A stretch of 20,000 nucleotides of DNA, taken from IMG/VR virus record IMGVR_UViG_3300008266_000310. The stretch is one strand, 5' to 3'. A program made the translations under genes and the position numbers. Below, piece after piece: positions 17,413 through 20,000 of the stretch (the stretch's first letter is position 1; each line of letters opens with the position of its first letter). This DNA is from an uncultured virus (IMG/VR IMGVR_UViG_3300008266_000310). Its lineage: Duplodnaviria; Heunggongvirae; Uroviricota; Caudoviricetes. The notes under the pieces are model-generated. The model did no database searches. It saw only the letters and a program-made list of their open reading frames with translations, and was not told the DNA's origin.

Positions 17413-17844
17413 TTAAAATGCCTTAATCATAAGTTTTTTGAATACTCTATCTGCCCTCTCTCTATACGGCTCCTCATTATGGTACAAACGTCTAAACGTC
17501 TCTCTCCCGTGTATTACCGTTGTATGATCCCTTCCTCCTAGTAATTGACCTATCTCTACCAGAGACCAACCCAGTTTAATATTCATGATATAACAAAAGA
17601 TCATACGTGGGTCTACATTCCTTCTAGCCCTACTCAACGACGCCATGAACTCATCCGTAACGTCGTATTCGTCTATAATGGCCTGGATAACGTCTTTGTA
17701 CGTTAATCTCCTGACATTATCTAAACTCTTACTGCCGTAACACCTATTACCGAACTCCCAAATAGACTCTAATAGCTCCGGAGATGATACGTCTTTGTAC
17801 TCAATCTTAAATGATTCTAAATCTAATAATTTGAATTCTACCAT
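17413..17844 (-). CDS. Protein with a solo DnaA C-terminal (domain IV) HTH
   Basis: SRARRNVDPRMIFCYIM..LGWSLVEIGQLLGGRDHTTVIHG is the Bac_DnaA_C signature; no AAA+ domain. Confidence 0.88.
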   Translation of the reverse strand: MVEFKLLDLESFKIEYKDVSSPELLESIWEFGNRCYGSKSLDNVRRLTYKDVIQAIIDEYDVTDEFMASLSRARRNVDPRMIFCYIMNIKLGWSLVEIGQLLGGRDHTTVIHGRETFRRLYHNEEPYRERADRVFKKLMIKAF

Positions 17845-17893
17845 AACTTTGATTTGTGCTGAAGATAAAGAAAAGGCCCCGAAGGGCCAACTC
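17845..17893 (-). promoter_or_regulatory. Fused terminator-promoter-leader cassette
   Basis: GAGTTG-N20-TATCTTCAG; GGCCC-TTCG-GGGCC followed by TTTTCTT; leader AAATCAAAGTT-ATG. Confidence 0.85.
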
Positions 17894-17898
17894 TTTGT

Positions 17899-18075
17899 TT
17901 AAGCATGCTTAGCTGCTAGAGCTCTATACTGTTCCATTTCTTCCTCTGTCATCTTATTGAACAGGTCAAAAATCTGGCATTCTTTTTCGTAAGCTTCTTC
18001 GAAGCGAGTTTCATCTTTTTCAATAGCAAGTACTTCGAGAAGGAGGCTGTAGGTAGTAGTAACAATGTTTGTCAT
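17899..18075 (-). CDS. Hypothetical 58-aa acidic early protein (not in ORF track)
   Basis: MTNIVTTTYSLLLEVLAIEKDETRFEEAYEKECQIFDLFNKMTEEEMEQYRALAAKHA*, exactly between two cassettes. Confidence 0.8.
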   Translation of the reverse strand: MTNIVTTTYSLLLEVLAIEKDETRFEEAYEKECQIFDLFNKMTEEEMEQYRALAAKHA

Positions 18076-18125
18076 ATCTTTTGATTTGTACTAAAGATAG
18101 ATACTTATTTCCATTCTAGCAACTT
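18076..18125 (-). promoter_or_regulatory. Early promoter-leader cassette
   Basis: AAGTTG-N20-TATCTTTAG-TACAAATCAAAAGAT-ATG. Confidence 0.85.
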
Positions 18126-18159
18126 TTTTTTATTTTTTTATAAAGACCTATAAACAACT

Positions 18160-18210
18160 TCCGTCCGATCCCTCCACCCTTTTTATTGGGCGCCTGTCCT
18201 GGTGACGTCC
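18160..18210 (-). ncRNA. Promoter-driven ~51-nt non-coding element, copy B
   Basis: GGACGTCACCAGGACAGGCGCCCAATAAAAAGGGTGGAGGGATCGGACGGA directly after a -7 box; contains no ATG. Confidence 0.55.
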
Positions 18211-18244
18211 TAAAGGTACGAACTAGTTTCCGAATCGGCAACTT
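18211..18244 (-). promoter_or_regulatory. Early promoter driving element copy B
   Basis: AAGTTG-N20-TACCTTTAG. Confidence 0.8.
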
Positions 18245-18255
18245 TATTTTTAAAT

Positions 18256-18287
18256 AAAAAAAGGGCCTGATGTAGAAACATCGGCCC
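18256..18287 (-). terminator. Intrinsic terminator
   Basis: GGGCCGATGT-TTCT-ACATCAGGCCC followed by T7. Confidence 0.88.
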
Positions 18288-18312
18288 GTCAAAAATCAAA
18301 AGTGTATGAAAC

Positions 18313-18537
18313 TTATGCAGTGGCTGCTGTGAGCCTTTGCAAATTCGTTTGCCTGTCTTTAACAAGACGATAGGCTTTGTTTACGATTGATTCGTTGTTA
18401 CGAAGTCCACGAAGGGTCATAGATACCATTGCTTGAGTAAAGCCAGTCTCAGTGGCGATACGGGTAATGTCTCCATGTCGTTTAGCTTCTGTAAAAGCAA
18501 CGATCTTGTAAACTGGATTGAGTTTTTGAAATGCCAT
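18313..18537 (-). CDS. Small Cro/XRE-like HTH DNA-binding protein
   Basis: GDITRIATETGFTQAMVSMTLRG fits an HTH pattern; basic, 74 aa. Confidence 0.7.
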   Translation of the reverse strand: MAFQKLNPVYKIVAFTEAKRHGDITRIATETGFTQAMVSMTLRGLRNNESIVNKAYRLVKDRQTNLQRLTAATA

Positions 18538-18560
18538 AACTATATATTTTTGGTTATAAT

Positions 18561-18591
18561 TAAATGTAAGAATTATTTTTCAAATAACCAA
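18561..18591 (-). promoter_or_regulatory. Early promoter
   Basis: TTG-N20-TACATTTA upstream of the HTH gene. Confidence 0.7.
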
Positions 18592-18819
18592 CTATCCTAG
18601 AAAGTTTTTGGCATGAAAGATCAATGGACGATTTTGTCGAGTTCTATGGACGTATACGGAAGAAACTAATCGATAAATACTCTCATAATTAATATCCTGA
18701 TCAACGTATCTCTTTTCAAATAACTGACTCAGTAGTATTTCTAATTCTACGGTATCTAGCACTTGTATTTTTAATCTCTCTGTAAGATAGTCTTCACGGG
18801 TACGGAATTGTAATTGCAT
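18592..18819 (-). CDS. Hypothetical protein
   Basis: 75 aa; second gene of a two-gene unit. Confidence 0.65.
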   Translation of the reverse strand: MQLQFRTREDYLTERLKIQVLDTVELEILLSQLFEKRYVDQDINYESIYRLVSSVYVHRTRQNRPLIFHAKNFLG

Positions 18820-18828
18820 AGGAGATTT

Positions 18829-19092
18829 TTAAGCGAGTCCGATATTCTCCAAGAAACTTTCTAACATATCTTCATCGGAAGGAAAATAACCTACAACTTC
18901 GAAATATCCATTTCCCAAAGCTTGTACCAATTTTGAAAAGGAATGAAAGCTATCTATGACGGCGATAAGAGCCCCCAGATTCCCAAAATGCTCCCTATAT
19001 TCTTCTGTTCCTAAGTCCCCTCTGCGGTCAAGATAAACTTCAATTGCGACTTCAATTAAATGCTGCTTTGCGTTTGCTAAAAGATTTTTCAT
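18829..19092 (-). CDS. Hypothetical early protein
   Basis: 87 aa after a cassette. Confidence 0.75.
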   Translation of the reverse strand: MKNLLANAKQHLIEVAIEVYLDRRGDLGTEEYREHFGNLGALIAVIDSFHSFSKLVQALGNGYFEVVGYFPSDEDMLESFLENIGLA

Positions 19093-19148
19093 AACTTTGA
19101 TTTTTTATTTACACTAAAGGTAAATACTATTTTTCACTTACGCAACTT
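19093..19148 (-). promoter_or_regulatory. Early promoter-leader cassette
   Basis: AAGTTG-N20-TACCTTTAGTG plus AAATAAAAAATCAAAGTT-ATG. Confidence 0.85.
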
Positions 19149-19151
19149 TTT

Positions 19152-19337
19152 TTAAATTTCTTCTTCTATTAAAACAACGGACCGGTTTACTGAATTGATT
19201 AGTTTAACCCTTTCGTAAACTTCCTGTGCTTCGAATATATCAGTGGTTAGAGTTTCGGGAATTAATTCTCCATCTAGAGTAACGTAGTACTCAATTCTGC
19301 CGGACAGTTTATATTCTTTAACGAGTTTGATCTTCAT
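19152..19337 (-). CDS. Hypothetical early protein
   Basis: 61 aa between two cassettes. Confidence 0.75.
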   Translation of the reverse strand: MKIKLVKEYKLSGRIEYYVTLDGELIPETLTTDIFEAQEVYERVKLINSVNRSVVLIEEEI

Positions 19338-19393
19338 AACTTTGATTTTTTATTTGCACTAAAGATAAAGACTAAGTTCCGAATTAGCAACTT
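19338..19393 (-). promoter_or_regulatory. Early promoter-leader cassette
   Basis: AAGTTG-N20-TATCTTTAGTGCAAATAAAAAATCAAAGTT-ATG. Confidence 0.85.
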
Positions 19394-19403
19394 TTCTTTT
19401 TAT

Positions 19404-19450
19404 AAAAAAACCCAGCGGGACTTACATTGCTCTTGCAAATGCCGGCCGGG
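19404..19450 (-). terminator. Intrinsic terminator (long interrupted hairpin)
   Basis: CCCGGC...TTGC-AAGA-GCAA...GCTGGG followed by T7. Confidence 0.75.
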
Positions 19451-19461
19451 GTAATCAAAGT

Positions 19462-19803
19462 CTAGTCTATATCTCTATCTGCTCTATCTTCCAAGAAATC
19501 TTGGATTGCAGATTCGGTTATTGATTTTAATTCACGCTCGTTAAACTCTACGCTATCAACTTCTACGTGTTTGTAGTCCATGGATAGCTCGTAATCATCG
19601 ATTACGCTAAGACCTTCTGATGCAATTGCTTCTGCTACATTGCTTGCAAGCTCTGAAATCTCTTCCTTGGTCAAACCACCGGAAGGGATTACAGTCGGCT
19701 CTTCGAGTTCGTTAAGCAGTTCAATTACTTTGCCAACAGGCATAAACGTAAAATCTACTGAGGCGGGCCCTGCAAGCTGGGCGATTAATTCTTGCTTTGT
19801 CAT
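19462..19803 (-). CDS. Acidic hypothetical early protein
   Basis: 113 aa, D/E-rich, with its own promoter and terminator. Confidence 0.8.
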   Translation of the reverse strand: MTKQELIAQLAGPASVDFTFMPVGKVIELLNELEEPTVIPSGGLTKEEISELASNVAEAIASEGLSVIDDYELSMDYKHVEVDSVEFNERELKSITESAIQDFLEDRADRDID

Positions 19804-19870
19804 AACCTTGATTTTTTATTTGGTTTGTTAATACACTAAAGATATAAACTATTTTCCGATTAGGCAACTT
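19804..19870 (-). promoter_or_regulatory. Early promoter-leader cassette
   Basis: AAGTTG-N20-TATCTTTAGTG plus an A-rich leader ending AATCAAGGTT-ATG. Confidence 0.85.
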
Positions 19871-19889
19871 TATTTTTAAAAAAAGTAAA

Positions 19890-20000
19890 TTATTTTCTGT
19901 AAGCTATCAACCATTCTTCATCTCCATAGGGCTGGGCGACTAAGTAAAAATCATCAGGAGTCAAAACTTGATTAATTCTAAATTGATTCCTCCCCGTAAA
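19890..20000 (-). CDS. Hypothetical protein, 3' end only
   Basis: ...FTGRNQFRINQVLTPDDFYLVAQPYGDEEWLIAYRK* open from the window edge. Confidence 0.55.
   Translation of the reverse strand, partial: FTGRNQFRINQVLTPDDFYLVAQPYGDEEWLIAYRK

Noticed and set aside
16319..17888. N4-type virion RNAP hairpin promoters
   Set aside because: The full stem needs a 4-nt loop (UUCG in RNA), most promoter copies lack the hairpin, and host-type -33/-7 boxes are present.
1617..19831. Plus-strand ORFs in the track and the nested minus ORF 15983-16213
   Set aside because: They overlap well-supported minus-strand genes and show no motifs or initiation signals.
16281..19870. CRISPR array or integron attC sites
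   Set aside because: Repeats are degenerate, separated by whole genes of variable length, match promoter consensus and lack the attC inverted-core structure; no cas or integrase gene in the window.
1..20000. Stop-codon reassignment
   Set aside because: The standard code gives dense, tightly coupled genes; TAG and TGA occur at plausible gene ends.
1..20000. tRNA or rRNA genes
   Set aside because: No cloverleaf or T-loop signature seen in any intergenic region.

Overview
AT-rich window from a large contractile-tailed (T4-superfamily-like) phage genome; every credible gene is on the minus strand. The left part (1-7.1 kb) is a baseplate/virion module with gp6-like and gp25-like wedge genes and gp5-like hub/spike ORFs. 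It is followed by a gp55-like sigma factor, an HD hydrolase, a glutaredoxin, a GT2 plus LpxH-like metallophosphoesterase pair and small acidic proteins with possible capsid-targeting N-termini. Seven genes carry a TATTTAT motif just upstream, a candidate late promoter. The right part (14.3-20 kb) is an early/host-takeover array of short genes including DUF932, a solo DnaA domain IV and an HTH protein. It is built from 14 copies of a Bacteroidota-type promoter (TTG-N20-TAnnTTTA/G) with A-rich, SD-less leaders, which points to a Bacteroidota host. In four copies a C(UUCG)G hairpin with compensatory base changes sits inside the promoter spacer, giving a fused terminator-promoter. Two promoters drive no protein but a shared ~52-nt G-rich structured element (candidate small RNA or R-loop origin), and a third drives a multi-hairpin leader. 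Product calls rest on motif recognition only; no searches were run.
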